Positions 54,278-63,520 of a stretch of DNA of 64,000 bases are shown here, in pieces; positions within the stretch are counted from its first letter, which is position 1; each line of letters begins with the position of its first letter. This DNA comes from Bacteroidota bacterium (GTDB taxonomy: Bacteria > Bacteroidota > Bacteroidia > Chitinophagales > UBA10324). A program made the translations under genes and the position numbers. The notes beneath the pieces are model-generated. The model was not told the DNA's origin, made no database searches, and worked only from the letters and a program-made list of their open reading frames with translations. Location of the stretch: assembly GCA_018267315.1 (NCBI GenBank), contig JAFDYS010000050.1, positions 123-64,122 on the forward strand, written 5' to 3'.

Positions 54278-55093
54278 TTACAGTTCGCCGATCACTTTCT
54301 CAAAGAGTCTGGTTAAATCCTTTTCGGCACCGGCGGCTACGGCAATGATCTCTTCAATGTTTACGGGCTGCAGGTGATCCGGATCGCATTCATCCGTAAG
54401 CACTGAAACCGCCGCAACCGGCAGTGACATATGATTTGCCACGATCACTTCAGGCACGGTGCTCATGCCTACGGCATCGGCGCCGATGGTGCGCAGATAA
54501 CGGTACTCCGCACGTGTTTCCAGGTTGGGGCCCGGCACGGCGGCATAAACACCTTTGTGCAGCGTGATATTCAATTCGGCTGCCGTTCGCTCCATGTGTT
54601 CATTTATGCCACGATCATACGGCTGACTCATATCCGGGTACCTGGGGCCCAACTCATCAAGATTTGAACCGGTGAGTGGGTTGAGCACTTGCAGGTTAAT
54701 ATGATCATCAAGAAGCATCAGCGATCCTTTTTTGAATTGCGGATTCAAACTGCCGGCTGCATTGGAGATCAGCAATTGTTTAATGCCAAGCACCTTCATT
54801 ACCCTTACAGGAAAAGTGATCTGCTGCATGGTATAGCCCTCATAGGCATGAAACCTGCCCTGCATGGCCAGAATTTTTTTTCCAGAAAGCGTCCCGTAAA
54901 TCAGTTTGCCTTTATGAAACTCCACTGTAGAAACAGGAAAATGAGGAATCGCTGAATAATCCATTTCCATTTCCTTGGTGATGCAGGTTGCCAGGTTTCC
55001 GAGCCCGGTGCCCAGAATGATTCCGGTTTCAGGATGGTTGATTCCTTCAGCTTTCAGAAACTCGGCACTCTCATGGATTTGTTGCAGGGTCAT
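54278..55093 (-). CDS. Purine nucleoside phosphorylase (PNP family 2)
   Basis: GIILGTGLG, GRFHAYEGY, and GMSTVPEVIVA motifs. Length is 271 aa. Confidence 0.9.
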   Translation of the reverse strand: MTLQQIHESAEFLKAEGINHPETGIILGTGLGNLATCITKEMEMDYSAIPHFPVSTVEFHKGKLIYGTLSGKKILAMQGRFHAYEGYTMQQITFPVRVMKVLGIKQLLISNAAGSLNPQFKKGSLMLLDDHINLQVLNPLTGSNLDELGPRYPDMSQPYDRGINEHMERTAAELNITLHKGVYAAVPGPNLETRAEYRYLRTIGADAVGMSTVPEVIVANHMSLPVAAVSVLTDECDPDHLQPVNIEEIIAVAAGAEKDLTRLFEKVIGEL

Positions 55094-55160
55094 GTTGGTT
55101 TAATATCTGATTTCAAAATTCAGAATAAATAATCGAGCCCGGTTATATGACGGAGAACAA

Positions 55161-55766
55161 TCAGAATTGATAGCCCGATTGAAGCAGGTCTTCTTCCGTA
55201 TCAATGTCAGTTAATTCAGGAAGAAGTTTGTAGGACCCGTTCATGTTGCGCAAATCGGTGAGGGTATCGTGCAGCACCTCATCACTGCTCCACTTTTTGT
55301 TCTTGAACAAAGCGGCATGCAGAGCCGTCATGCCAATGAGGTAATACCCGCCGTCATGCGTAGGGCCGATTACAAAATTGTTTTTGGGAATGGAATCAAA
55401 CGCCTCACGTAAAATATCCGTGGTGAGTTCAAAACAATCACTGCCAATGATCACCACCTTTTTATAGCCGCGCTGAAATGCATTCTTAAACGCATTAAGC
55501 ATGCGCTTGCCCAGGTCACTTCCTTCCTGAACCATCTTTTGATATTCGTTCATATCCCACACATCGCCTTCAATGATTTCATCAGAATAAAAAACGGCCT
55601 TGTCAACACCGAGCGCACTGGTTACTCGATGCGTATGCTGAATCAGCGCATTGTAAATCTCAAGGGCTTTGTCCGTACCCAGTGTTTTGGCCAGCCGGGT
55701 TTTTACTTTCCCCGGTACCGGATTCTTCACGAAAATCATCAACAGTTCTTGTCCCATATTACTCAT
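55161..55766 (-). CDS. DUF2064 / TIGR04282-family putative glycosyltransferase
   Basis: IFVKNPVPGKVKTRLA and GPTHDGGYYLIG motifs typical of the family. Confidence 0.7.
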   Translation of the reverse strand: MSNMGQELLMIFVKNPVPGKVKTRLAKTLGTDKALEIYNALIQHTHRVTSALGVDKAVFYSDEIIEGDVWDMNEYQKMVQEGSDLGKRMLNAFKNAFQRGYKKVVIIGSDCFELTTDILREAFDSIPKNNFVIGPTHDGGYYLIGMTALHAALFKNKKWSSDEVLHDTLTDLRNMNGSYKLLPELTDIDTEEDLLQSGYQF

Positions 55767-56487
55767 TCAATGACCAATCGTACTCAAGGTACTTAATCGG
55801 GGCCTGTGCCGAAATTTTTACGATTGAATATTGATTCAGAAAATCAATCAGGGTTCCTTTTTTGGTAAAATCACCCTGGTACCATTCGAAAATCTTCGAG
55901 ATCTGAATGGAGGTTGCCGAGATTTTATTTCTCGAAGGATCATTGATAAATCCTTTTGCTGCCTGCGTTAGCTGGGCGTTAAGTTTTTCGGCTGTATATG
56001 CTTCATTGAGCATTTTGGGGCAGGATGCTGAAGCGCAATTGAGAGCGAAATGAATGCGCGGCTCATTGAATTGCTTCCGAATGATATCCTGCTCAATTTG
56101 ATCAAGCGAATACATTTTGCCCCCGATAGAGATGAACATGGTGTTCCACACTTTTCCTCCGTCAATATCGAGGATGCTTTTTACCGGGTAATGATCCAAT
56201 ATCGTTTTTACCGTGAAGGCATTGTATGCATTAATCCAGTAAGCGAGTTTTTCTGATTCGCTCCAGGTGGCAGCAGGCGCATGTGCACTCAGCGACTTGA
56301 GGTAGGCATCAAACCTGGACCTGTCGTTCATGATTCCGCGGTAATTCACCTGCCCGGAAGCACCCACATATTTATGCAACAACTCGTTCCAGGGTTCATG
56401 CAATGATGCAGGGGGTTGACCATGTGAAACGGAAACAGAAAGAAAGAAAAGCAGAAAGAGATGAGAAAATGATTGGGTAACGTGCAT
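55759..56487 (-). CDS. DUF547 domain protein (secreted)
   Basis: I chose the internal Met, which gives a signal peptide (MHVTQSFSHLFLLFFLSVSVSHG). WINAYNAFTV and IHFALNCASASCP motifs of DUF547. 8-nt overlap with the downstream gene. Confidence 0.7.
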   Translation of the reverse strand: MHVTQSFSHLFLLFFLSVSVSHGQPPASLHEPWNELLHKYVGASGQVNYRGIMNDRSRFDAYLKSLSAHAPAATWSESEKLAYWINAYNAFTVKTILDHYPVKSILDIDGGKVWNTMFISIGGKMYSLDQIEQDIIRKQFNEPRIHFALNCASASCPKMLNEAYTAEKLNAQLTQAAKGFINDPSRNKISATSIQISKIFEWYQGDFTKKGTLIDFLNQYSIVKISAQAPIKYLEYDWSLNE

Positions 56488-56612
56488 TTTGTATTGATCT
56501 CGCAAATAAAATGAATTCCTACCATGCCAAAAAATTGTGCCACAGTTGTAAAAGGGTGTGAGCAATGTTTTACATCTTGCAATCGCAATAACACCTGTCA
56601 TCTGATTTTTCA

Positions 56613-57788
56613 ATGCCGACATACCTGTCTCACCTGAAATCAAAATTGCCCCAGACCGGCACCACCATTTTCACCATCATGTCCGGTTTGGCCAATGAGG
56701 TGGGCGCGATCAATCTCTCTCAGGGATTCCCTGATTTTTTGTGCGATGAAAAACTGATTAAACTGGTGGAACAATTCATGCGGAAAGGGCTGAACCAGTA
56801 TGCGCCCATGCCCGGTATAGTGCCGTTGCGTGAACGCATAGCAGAGAAAACGGAATCGCTCTATAAAACAAAATACAATCCCGATACAGAAATTACGATA
56901 ACAGCCGGCGGCACAGAAGCCATTTACGCCGCCATTACTTCTGTGATCAGCGAAGGAGATGAAGTGATCATTTTTGAGCCGGCATATGATTGTTATGCCC
57001 CGTCCATTGAATTAAACAAGGGTGTTCCCATTTATGTGGAGTTACAGCCGCCGGATTATTTAATTGACTGGCAGGCGGTGAAGAAACTGATCAGCCAGCG
57101 CACCAAAATGATCATGATCAATTCACCGCATAACCCCACGGGTACGGTGCTCTCTGCCAATGACCTTAAACAACTGGAATCCATCACGCAGAACAGCGAC
57201 ATACTCATCCTGAGTGACGAGGTGTATGAGCACATCATCTTTGATGGGCGGCAACATCAAAGTGTTTTGGCAAGTCCGCAGTTGGCTGAACGGTCTTTTG
57301 TGGTGTTTTCATTTGGAAAAACCTATCATAACACCGGATGGAAAATGGGTTACTGCCTCGCTCCTGCGGAACTAATGAAGGAATTCCGTAAAGCGCATCA
57401 GTTCATCGTCTTTTCAGCGAACACGCCCATCCAATATGCTTTTGCCGAAATGATGAAAGAACCCGCTCATTATCTCGGGCTCAAAGATTTTTACCAGCAG
57501 AAAAGAGATGCGTTCAATGCACTAATTAAGGAAACGCCGTTAGCGCTCAAGCCCGCATCAGGCAGTTATTTTCAGTGCGTGAGTTATGATTCATTCACTG
57601 ATGAAAAGGATTATGATTTCGCCGTGCGTTTAACCCGCGAAGCGGGTGTGGCGGCCATACCTGTGTCGGCATTCTATCACCACTCCAATGATTACAAGAT
57701 GCTGCGCTTCTGCTTTGCGAAAGAAAATGAAACCCTGGAGAAAGCGGCGGAACGGTTGATGGAGTTCTTCAAAAAAGAAAGCAGGTAA
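56613..57788 (+). CDS. Class I/II pyridoxal-phosphate aminotransferase (YbdL-like)
   Basis: INLSQGFPDF, NSPHNPTG and SFGKTYHNTGWKMGY (PLP lysine) motifs. Confidence 0.85.
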   Translation: MPTYLSHLKSKLPQTGTTIFTIMSGLANEVGAINLSQGFPDFLCDEKLIKLVEQFMRKGLNQYAPMPGIVPLRERIAEKTESLYKTKYNPDTEITITAGGTEAIYAAITSVISEGDEVIIFEPAYDCYAPSIELNKGVPIYVELQPPDYLIDWQAVKKLISQRTKMIMINSPHNPTGTVLSANDLKQLESITQNSDILILSDEVYEHIIFDGRQHQSVLASPQLAERSFVVFSFGKTYHNTGWKMGYCLAPAELMKEFRKAHQFIVFSANTPIQYAFAEMMKEPAHYLGLKDFYQQKRDAFNALIKETPLALKPASGSYFQCVSYDSFTDEKDYDFAVRLTREAGVAAIPVSAFYHHSNDYKMLRFCFAKENETLEKAAERLMEFFKKESR

Positions 57789-57999
57789 CCGGGGCTTTGA
57801 AAGATTTCACCGGATCTTCCAAAAATATTGAGAGGGGATTGATTTGAATCATCAGATTCATCCTGTGCTCCCGGTCACCTGCTTAAACCTCAAACAAAAA
57901 GAACGTGCTTACTTAATCAAAGATAAGAGGCGTGTATCATGCGTAAACAGTTTCAAAAAGAATTTGCGATTATTTCGATTTCATTCAATAATGAGTCGC

Positions 58000-58007
58000 T
58001 ATTTTTG
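58000..58007 (+). promoter_or_regulatory. Candidate -7 box TATTTTTG
   Basis: Matches TAnnTTTG, 26 nt upstream of the ATG at 58033, within a 244-nt intergenic region. Confidence 0.3.
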
Positions 58008-58032
58008 ATGTTTTCTAAAAACTCATGGGGAA

Positions 58033-58497
58033 ATGCCGGTGAAATTAGATTTTGACAAACTGGATCTCCAGATAATCGGGGAAATGATGAAGGATGCTTC
58101 CGCCTCTTACAAGGTGCTCGGGAAAAAATTATTTGTCTCTGCGGGCACTATTCATGTGCGAATGAAAAAGCTGCAGCGCCTCGGCGTACTCAGTGGCTCC
58201 AGCTACCACATCAACCTGAAGAAGATCGGCTATGATATCACCGCCTTCATCGGCATCTACCTGGAGAAGAGTTCACTTTATGCCACGGTGGCCAAAGATC
58301 TCAAGAAGATTCCCGAAATCGTGCGGCTCAATTATACCACCGGCAACTACAGCATGTTTGCCGAGATTGTTTGCCGCGATATGGAACACCTTCGCCTGGT
58401 GTTGTATGATAAGCTGCAGCATGTGAGAGGAATTGAACGGACGGAAACACTCATTTCGCTTGATGAAAGTTTTAAGCGAAGCGCTGAGATCTTATAA
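58033..58497 (+). CDS. Lrp/AsnC-family transcriptional regulator
   Basis: N-terminal HTH (LDLQIIGEMMKDASASYKVLGKKLFVSAGTIHVRMKKL) and a C-terminal RAM-like domain. Length is 154 aa. Confidence 0.85.
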   Translation: MPVKLDFDKLDLQIIGEMMKDASASYKVLGKKLFVSAGTIHVRMKKLQRLGVLSGSSYHINLKKIGYDITAFIGIYLEKSSLYATVAKDLKKIPEIVRLNYTTGNYSMFAEIVCRDMEHLRLVLYDKLQHVRGIERTETLISLDESFKRSAEIL

Positions 58498-59430
58498 CTC
58501 CGAAGCCGGGGATTGCATCAGTTGCCACAGCGCCCCTTCTTTAAGGGCATATGCTGAACGGGTGATGTGATGAACGTGTGCTGATTCCACAACGTAACCG
58601 GCGAGAATGGAAGCCGGCACAATCGTATCTACGCGGTACCAGATCAGCCCCTTCATATTCACGCGCTCTTCCCGGTTGGCGCGAATCACTTTATCACAGA
58701 AAATGTAGAAGTCACGCAATGAAATTTCAGTGCAGGTGGAACCGGCATCCAGGGGACGGCTATAAATATTTTCTGCAATCATCTGCGCCATGGTATCGAA
58801 AGAACCCGATGCCCCGATAAGCCGCTTCACCGGATATTGCTTGAGTTGCAACATCAGCGGCTCGAGTTCATGTTGCAGGTAATGAATCAGGTTGACCTGC
58901 TCAATGGCGCTGATAGGTTCACGCTGATGAAAGCGCTGCCGCAACACCGATCCGCCAACAGGAAAACTCTGCTTCCAGAAAACTGTATTCTTGCTAGCAA
59001 TAATGAATTCGGTGCTGCCGCCGCCGATATCCATGATAAGGGCCGGATGTTCATCCAACCTCACAGCCCTTCTCACGCCCTGGTAAATCAATTCCGCTTC
59101 TTCATCTCCGCTAATTTTTTTCAAATCCATCGGAATGATTTCCTTCACCGCGCGTACAAACTCCTCACCATTGGAAGATTTACGTATGGCGGCAGTACCG
59201 AAACCTATGATGCGTTCCGGTTTCAGATCATCAATCACGGTTTTGTATTTCCTGATCTGCTCTATGCCACGTTGAAAAGCAAGATCACCGATGCGCTCCA
59301 CCCCCTCTTCTCCCAGTGAAACAAATTCTTCGGCCCGGAACAATACATGAAATGATTGATCACGCCCGATGTCAGCAATCAGGAGATGAAACGTGTTTGT
59401 TCCGAGATCAAGTACAGCAACCCGTGACAT
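58492..59430 (-). CDS. Ppx/GppA-family phosphatase
   Basis: I chose the internal Met. VAVLDLGTNTFHLLIAD and MDIGGGSTEF motifs. Confidence 0.85.
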   Translation of the reverse strand: MSRVAVLDLGTNTFHLLIADIGRDQSFHVLFRAEEFVSLGEEGVERIGDLAFQRGIEQIRKYKTVIDDLKPERIIGFGTAAIRKSSNGEEFVRAVKEIIPMDLKKISGDEEAELIYQGVRRAVRLDEHPALIMDIGGGSTEFIIASKNTVFWKQSFPVGGSVLRQRFHQREPISAIEQVNLIHYLQHELEPLMLQLKQYPVKRLIGASGSFDTMAQMIAENIYSRPLDAGSTCTEISLRDFYIFCDKVIRANREERVNMKGLIWYRVDTIVPASILAGYVVESAHVHHITRSAYALKEGALWQLMQSPASEL

Positions 59431-59502
59431 GTGCTTTTCCAATACCGGTTTGCTTCCGGTGCTCTGCAAAGAAAATCCTTTCTTTGAAGCAAAATCATCT
59501 TC

Positions 59503-59952
59503 ATGGAAAAAAGCAAAAACCGGCGTGAATTTTTGGTTCAGGCAGGTACCATCAGTGCCGGCGTTTGTTTCTTCGGAACTTCTGCATTCCTATCTGCATG
59601 CAGCACTTCCAAAAGCGCCGGCTCTTCTGCCGTTTCATTTTCCGAAACCGCCGATCAACTTTCCATTCCGGCTACTGCTTTCAGCGAAAAAAATTCACAG
59701 ATCCTTCATACAAAGAAATACGAAGAACCCCTGTATGTTTCAAAACAACCGGACGGCACTTATGCTGCGCTGCGCATGTATTGCCCGCATAAGGGGTGCG
59801 AAGTGAATGCGGCGGCTGACCGTTTCGTTTGCCCCTGCCACGGATCGGAGTTTGCATTGGATGGCGCCCTGCTCAAAGGTCCTTCCAAATCGCCGCTGCA
59901 GTCATTCCCGGTAACCCTTGATCAGGACCAGGTCATTGTCCATTTCAAATGA
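59503..59952 (+). CDS. Tat-exported bc/b6f-type Rieske [2Fe-2S] lipoprotein
   Basis: Twin-arginine signal SKNRREFLVQAG followed by FLSAC. CPHKGC ... CPCHGSEF Rieske motif with the extra disulfide cysteines. Confidence 0.8.
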   Translation: MEKSKNRREFLVQAGTISAGVCFFGTSAFLSACSTSKSAGSSAVSFSETADQLSIPATAFSEKNSQILHTKKYEEPLYVSKQPDGTYAALRMYCPHKGCEVNAAADRFVCPCHGSEFALDGALLKGPSKSPLQSFPVTLDQDQVIVHFK

Positions 59953-60824
59953 TTGATCGTCATCCCGGGTTGAATGACTGGCTGCTGCTGCTGTTCCTCG
60001 CATTGATCTGGGGCAGTTCATTCATTTTAATGAAGGAGGGACTGAAAGCTTTTCACCCGGAACAGGTAGCCCTGCTGCGTATCATCATTACCGCTTTGGT
60101 GCTGATGCCGTTCGCGTTTATGCGCAGAAAAAAAGTGACGCTGAAGCAAACGCAAAACATGGTGATTCAGGGGATGTTCGGAAATTTTATTCCGGCATTT
60201 CTTTTTCCGGCCGCACAAACGCACATCAATAGTTCGCTGGCCGGAATACTCAACTCGCTTTCTCCTGTATGGGTACTGATCATCGGCGTGCTTTTCTTTG
60301 GTGCATCATTCAAATGGATACGCCTTGCAGGCGTGATCAGCGCATTGACGGGCGCGGTGGTGTTGCTTGTTTTTCAGCCGGCCCATGGCAGCACCGGCAA
60401 TGCGTGGTTCGGCATACTGATCGTGATCGCCACCATCTCTTATGGTTTGAGCGCAAACATCATCAAGCGGTACCTGCATGATGTGCATCCCGTCACCATC
60501 ACGTCCATTTCATTCAACATCGTACTCCTGCCGGCCCTCATTTATCTTTTCACCACGGATTTTACGGAGCTGATGAAATCGAACCCACAGGCGATGATTT
60601 CACTGGGGTATATCGCCATACTGGCTACACTCGGCTCCGCACTGGCATCCATTATTTTCAACCGGCTGGTGCATCACACGTCATCGCTTTTCGCCGCTTC
60701 AGTATCATACCTCATTCCAATCGTAGCGCTGATGTGGGGTGTGCTGGACGGCGAAACCGTTACCGCCATTGATTACGGAGGCATGGCCCTCATTGGCGCC
60801 GGCGTTTATCTCGCCAGCCGCTGA
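59949..60824 (+). CDS. EamA/DMT-family transporter
   Basis: Ten hydrophobic helices. WGSSFILMK motif. The start overlaps the stop of the Rieske gene (ATGA). Confidence 0.8.
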   Translation: MIDRHPGLNDWLLLLFLALIWGSSFILMKEGLKAFHPEQVALLRIIITALVLMPFAFMRRKKVTLKQTQNMVIQGMFGNFIPAFLFPAAQTHINSSLAGILNSLSPVWVLIIGVLFFGASFKWIRLAGVISALTGAVVLLVFQPAHGSTGNAWFGILIVIATISYGLSANIIKRYLHDVHPVTITSISFNIVLLPALIYLFTTDFTELMKSNPQAMISLGYIAILATLGSALASIIFNRLVHHTSSLFAASVSYLIPIVALMWGVLDGETVTAIDYGGMALIGAGVYLASR

Positions 60825-60832
60825 AACGAAGT

Positions 60833-61213
60833 TCACTTCATGGCAATCATGGAAATCTCGACGTTCACGCCGAGAGGCAAAGCGCTCACCTGCACCGTTT
60901 CGCGGGCGGGGTATTCACCGCTGAAGTATGAGCCATACACTTCGTTCATCGCGGCAAAATTTTTTAAGTCAGTCATGAAAATGGTGGTCTTCACCACATA
61001 AGAAAAATCCAGACCGGCCGACTCGAGGATGGCCCCGATATTTTCCATCACCTGCCGGGTTTCACTTTGAATGTCATTCATGATCAAGTCTCCGGTGTCC
61101 GCTACTTTGGCTACCTGCCCGGAAATAAAAAACATATTGCCGGCAAAAACTCCCTGACTGTACGGCCCGATGGGTGTGGGCGCTTCGTTGGTTTCAATGA
61201 TTTCTTTATCCAT
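60833..61213 (-). CDS. RidA/YjgF-family reactive intermediate deaminase
   Basis: I chose the internal Met (MDKEIIETNEAPTPIGPYSQG). The C-terminal ARETVQVSALPLGVNVEI is typical of the family. Confidence 0.85.
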   Translation of the reverse strand: MDKEIIETNEAPTPIGPYSQGVFAGNMFFISGQVAKVADTGDLIMNDIQSETRQVMENIGAILESAGLDFSYVVKTTIFMTDLKNFAAMNEVYGSYFSGEYPARETVQVSALPLGVNVEISMIAMK

Positions 61214-61322
61214 GTTCGAATGTGTGCTGCGAAAATTACTGATGTTTTGTCCAAAGCAGAAACTGATTCCGGAGAGTAAGGAGACGGGGCCATCATAAAT
61301 TTTGTGAGTTGCATGGTTACTT

Positions 61323-62030
61323 TTGTTTGAAGAAACACTTGCAGTGAAGACAGCAGTTACGGGCGATGCTTTGAGGATACGCGCATTCAACACGCGGGTG
61401 AATGGGGAAATCGCCGTGGATGATGCCGTTTTACATGACGCAGCCCGTGCCGCAGCTTATGATGTGATTGTTGATTTGAATGCCGATGAGAGAAGTGTAC
61501 CGCCGGCTTATTTTTCTGCACCGGATCATGCCTTATTGATTTTGGGAGCAGTGAAGCGTTCGCTCACACAACTGATTCACGATGCAGGAATAAAAGTGAA
61601 GTGCCATGTGGTGGGAATGAATGCGCTGCCATTATTCATAGAAAATCAACGGTGGGAAATTTCATTCGGCAGAAATGCTGATAAAGAGCCATTCAAGAAA
61701 TGGGCGCAGGAAATGAAAACTGATTTTCTGGAAGTGCGGGATCGTGTGGGAATGATTACACCACGGGTGGTTTGCATGATCATCAATGAAGCGTGCTATA
61801 CCCTGCAGGAAGGAACCGCCACGAAAGAGGACATTGACAAAGGCATGAAGCTCGGCACCAACTATCCATACGGGCCGTTTGAGTGGTGCGACCGCATCGG
61901 CATCAAAGAGGTCTATGAAACACTCGAAGCCATTTGGAATGATACGCATGATCCGCGATATAAAATTTGCCCTCTGCTGAAAACAAAATATCTGAAAGGA
62001 GAATCGTTTTATCAATCCTCCGCCGGTTAA
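61323..62030 (+). CDS. 3-hydroxyacyl-CoA dehydrogenase-family protein with degenerate NAD and catalytic motifs
   Basis: The C-terminal domain is well conserved (MIINEACYTLQEGTATKEDIDKGMKLGTNYPYGPFEWCDRIG). The N-terminal GxGxxG reads TGDALR, and GMHFFNP reads GMNALPL. The start is uncertain (TTG 61323 or a nearby GTG). Confidence 0.6.
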   Translation: MFEETLAVKTAVTGDALRIRAFNTRVNGEIAVDDAVLHDAARAAAYDVIVDLNADERSVPPAYFSAPDHALLILGAVKRSLTQLIHDAGIKVKCHVVGMNALPLFIENQRWEISFGRNADKEPFKKWAQEMKTDFLEVRDRVGMITPRVVCMIINEACYTLQEGTATKEDIDKGMKLGTNYPYGPFEWCDRIGIKEVYETLEAIWNDTHDPRYKICPLLKTKYLKGESFYQSSAG

Positions 62031-62031
62031 C

Positions 62032-63351
62032 ATGCTCCTGATCTACGTTCAGAAAATTACCCCGCGCATCCGGTACGTGATGCAATTGTATTTCGGTGAA
62101 TTGATCAGGACGGAATTTGAGATCACCGATGATGCCAACCGGTTTCAGTCTTTTCACGGGGCCAGACTGAATTACAGCCAACGTCCGTTTCATGATGAAT
62201 GCTTCGTGTTTGCTGAGGACATTTTGTTTGAATCAGGAATTCATGAGCAGAAAATTTCACGGGGTAACCGGAAAGGGATTCCCACGCTGTTCTCCCGTCA
62301 ATCATCCGGTGCTTTTCCATTTGATCCTTTTGCTGCGGCCTTCTACCTCGTTACGCGTTATGAAGAATATCTTCCGTTCACTCCGGATCAGTACGGAAGG
62401 TTTCCTGATAAAGAAAACACCGGCGTGAAAGAAGGATTCCACGAAGTGCCGGTAGTGAATCATTTTGCCATGTGGCTGAAGGAGTTTTTGCAACAGCGAT
62501 ATCCGGAGCTTTCATTTCAAAATCCTTCGTTTGAATTCCGGCTCACCTACGATATTGATTTTGCATTCGCTTACCGGGGCAAAGGATTCATGCGTAATGC
62601 CGGGGGCTTTGCGAAATCACTTTTGAAATTGGATTTGAAAGAGTCGTTGTGGCGCATGCACGTCCTTCGTGGTATGGAAGCGGATCCCTACGATACATTT
62701 GACTATCAGTTTGCACTTCACGAAAAATTTGGATTGAATCCCCTTTACTTTTTCCTTCTCGGCGACTTCAACAAATTTGATAAGAACATTCCATGGACTA
62801 ATCCCCGGCTGCAATCGCTGATAAGAAGCATATCGAACCGCTACGACTGTGGCCTTCACAGCAGCTACGCTTCCAATTCTTATTCAGGAAAAGTAAAAAC
62901 GGAATTGCAACGCCTCGAATCTATCAGCGGAAAAAAAATAATTCGCAACCGCCAGCATTTCTTGAAGCTGAAATTTCCTGACACTTATCAAACGCTTCTT
63001 GCCAATGAGATCACTGAAGATTACACGATGGGCTTTGCCTCGCTTACAGGTTTCCGGTCCGGAATTGCTTCACCATACCCGTGGTACGACTTGTCAAAAG
63101 AAGAAACCACCTCGCTCCGCATCTTTCCATTTACGGTGATGGACGCCTCACTGCATTATTATCTCAAGCTTTCACCCGAACACGCACTTACCAAAACCAA
63201 ATCACTAATGGATGAGGTTAAAAAAGTGAATGGCTACTTTCAGTTTCTTGCGCATAATGATTTGCTGAGTGAGTCTACGACATGGCACGGATGGCGAACG
63301 GGATTTGCTGAATTGCTGAACCACGCAGCGGGCCTGAGCAAGAGCAGGTAA
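62032..63351 (+). CDS. Hypothetical protein (possibly a polysaccharide-deacetylase-like fold)
   Basis: 439-aa ORF beginning 2 nt after the previous stop. No motif I can name confidently. The fold guess rests only on a loose resemblance around NRQHFLKLKFPDTY. Confidence 0.4.
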   Translation: MLLIYVQKITPRIRYVMQLYFGELIRTEFEITDDANRFQSFHGARLNYSQRPFHDECFVFAEDILFESGIHEQKISRGNRKGIPTLFSRQSSGAFPFDPFAAAFYLVTRYEEYLPFTPDQYGRFPDKENTGVKEGFHEVPVVNHFAMWLKEFLQQRYPELSFQNPSFEFRLTYDIDFAFAYRGKGFMRNAGGFAKSLLKLDLKESLWRMHVLRGMEADPYDTFDYQFALHEKFGLNPLYFFLLGDFNKFDKNIPWTNPRLQSLIRSISNRYDCGLHSSYASNSYSGKVKTELQRLESISGKKIIRNRQHFLKLKFPDTYQTLLANEITEDYTMGFASLTGFRSGIASPYPWYDLSKEETTSLRIFPFTVMDASLHYYLKLSPEHALTKTKSLMDEVKKVNGYFQFLAHNDLLSESTTWHGWRTGFAELLNHAAGLSKSR

Positions 63352-63425
63352 TGCTGCGCCTTTGAACCGCTCCAAAATTCGTAGCACTCACGATGACGAT
63401 ACGTGGGAAGATTGTGTAGCGCTAT

Positions 63426-63513
63426 GTCATTGCGAGCGGAGCGAAGCAATCCCCTGATTCAGCGATTGCTTTATTCTTGGGGATTGCTTCGTCGTTTCAC
63501 TCCTCGCAATGAC
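63426..63513. repeat. REP-like imperfect palindromic intergenic element
   Basis: The left arm GTCATTGCGAG...CGAAGCAATCCCC pairs with the right arm GGGGATTGCTTCG...CTCGCAATGAC (11-bp and 13-bp paired segments). It lies between convergent genes. Confidence 0.6.
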
Positions 63514-63520
63514 GCGTGAT

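Noticed and set aside
57789-58032. 244-nt intergenic region upstream of the Lrp/AsnC gene, examined for a tRNA, small RNA or riboswitch.
   Set aside because: I could find no cloverleaf-compatible arms, no conserved riboswitch core and no terminator. There is only a weak 6-bp hairpin (TGAATC/GATTCA) and a candidate -7 box.
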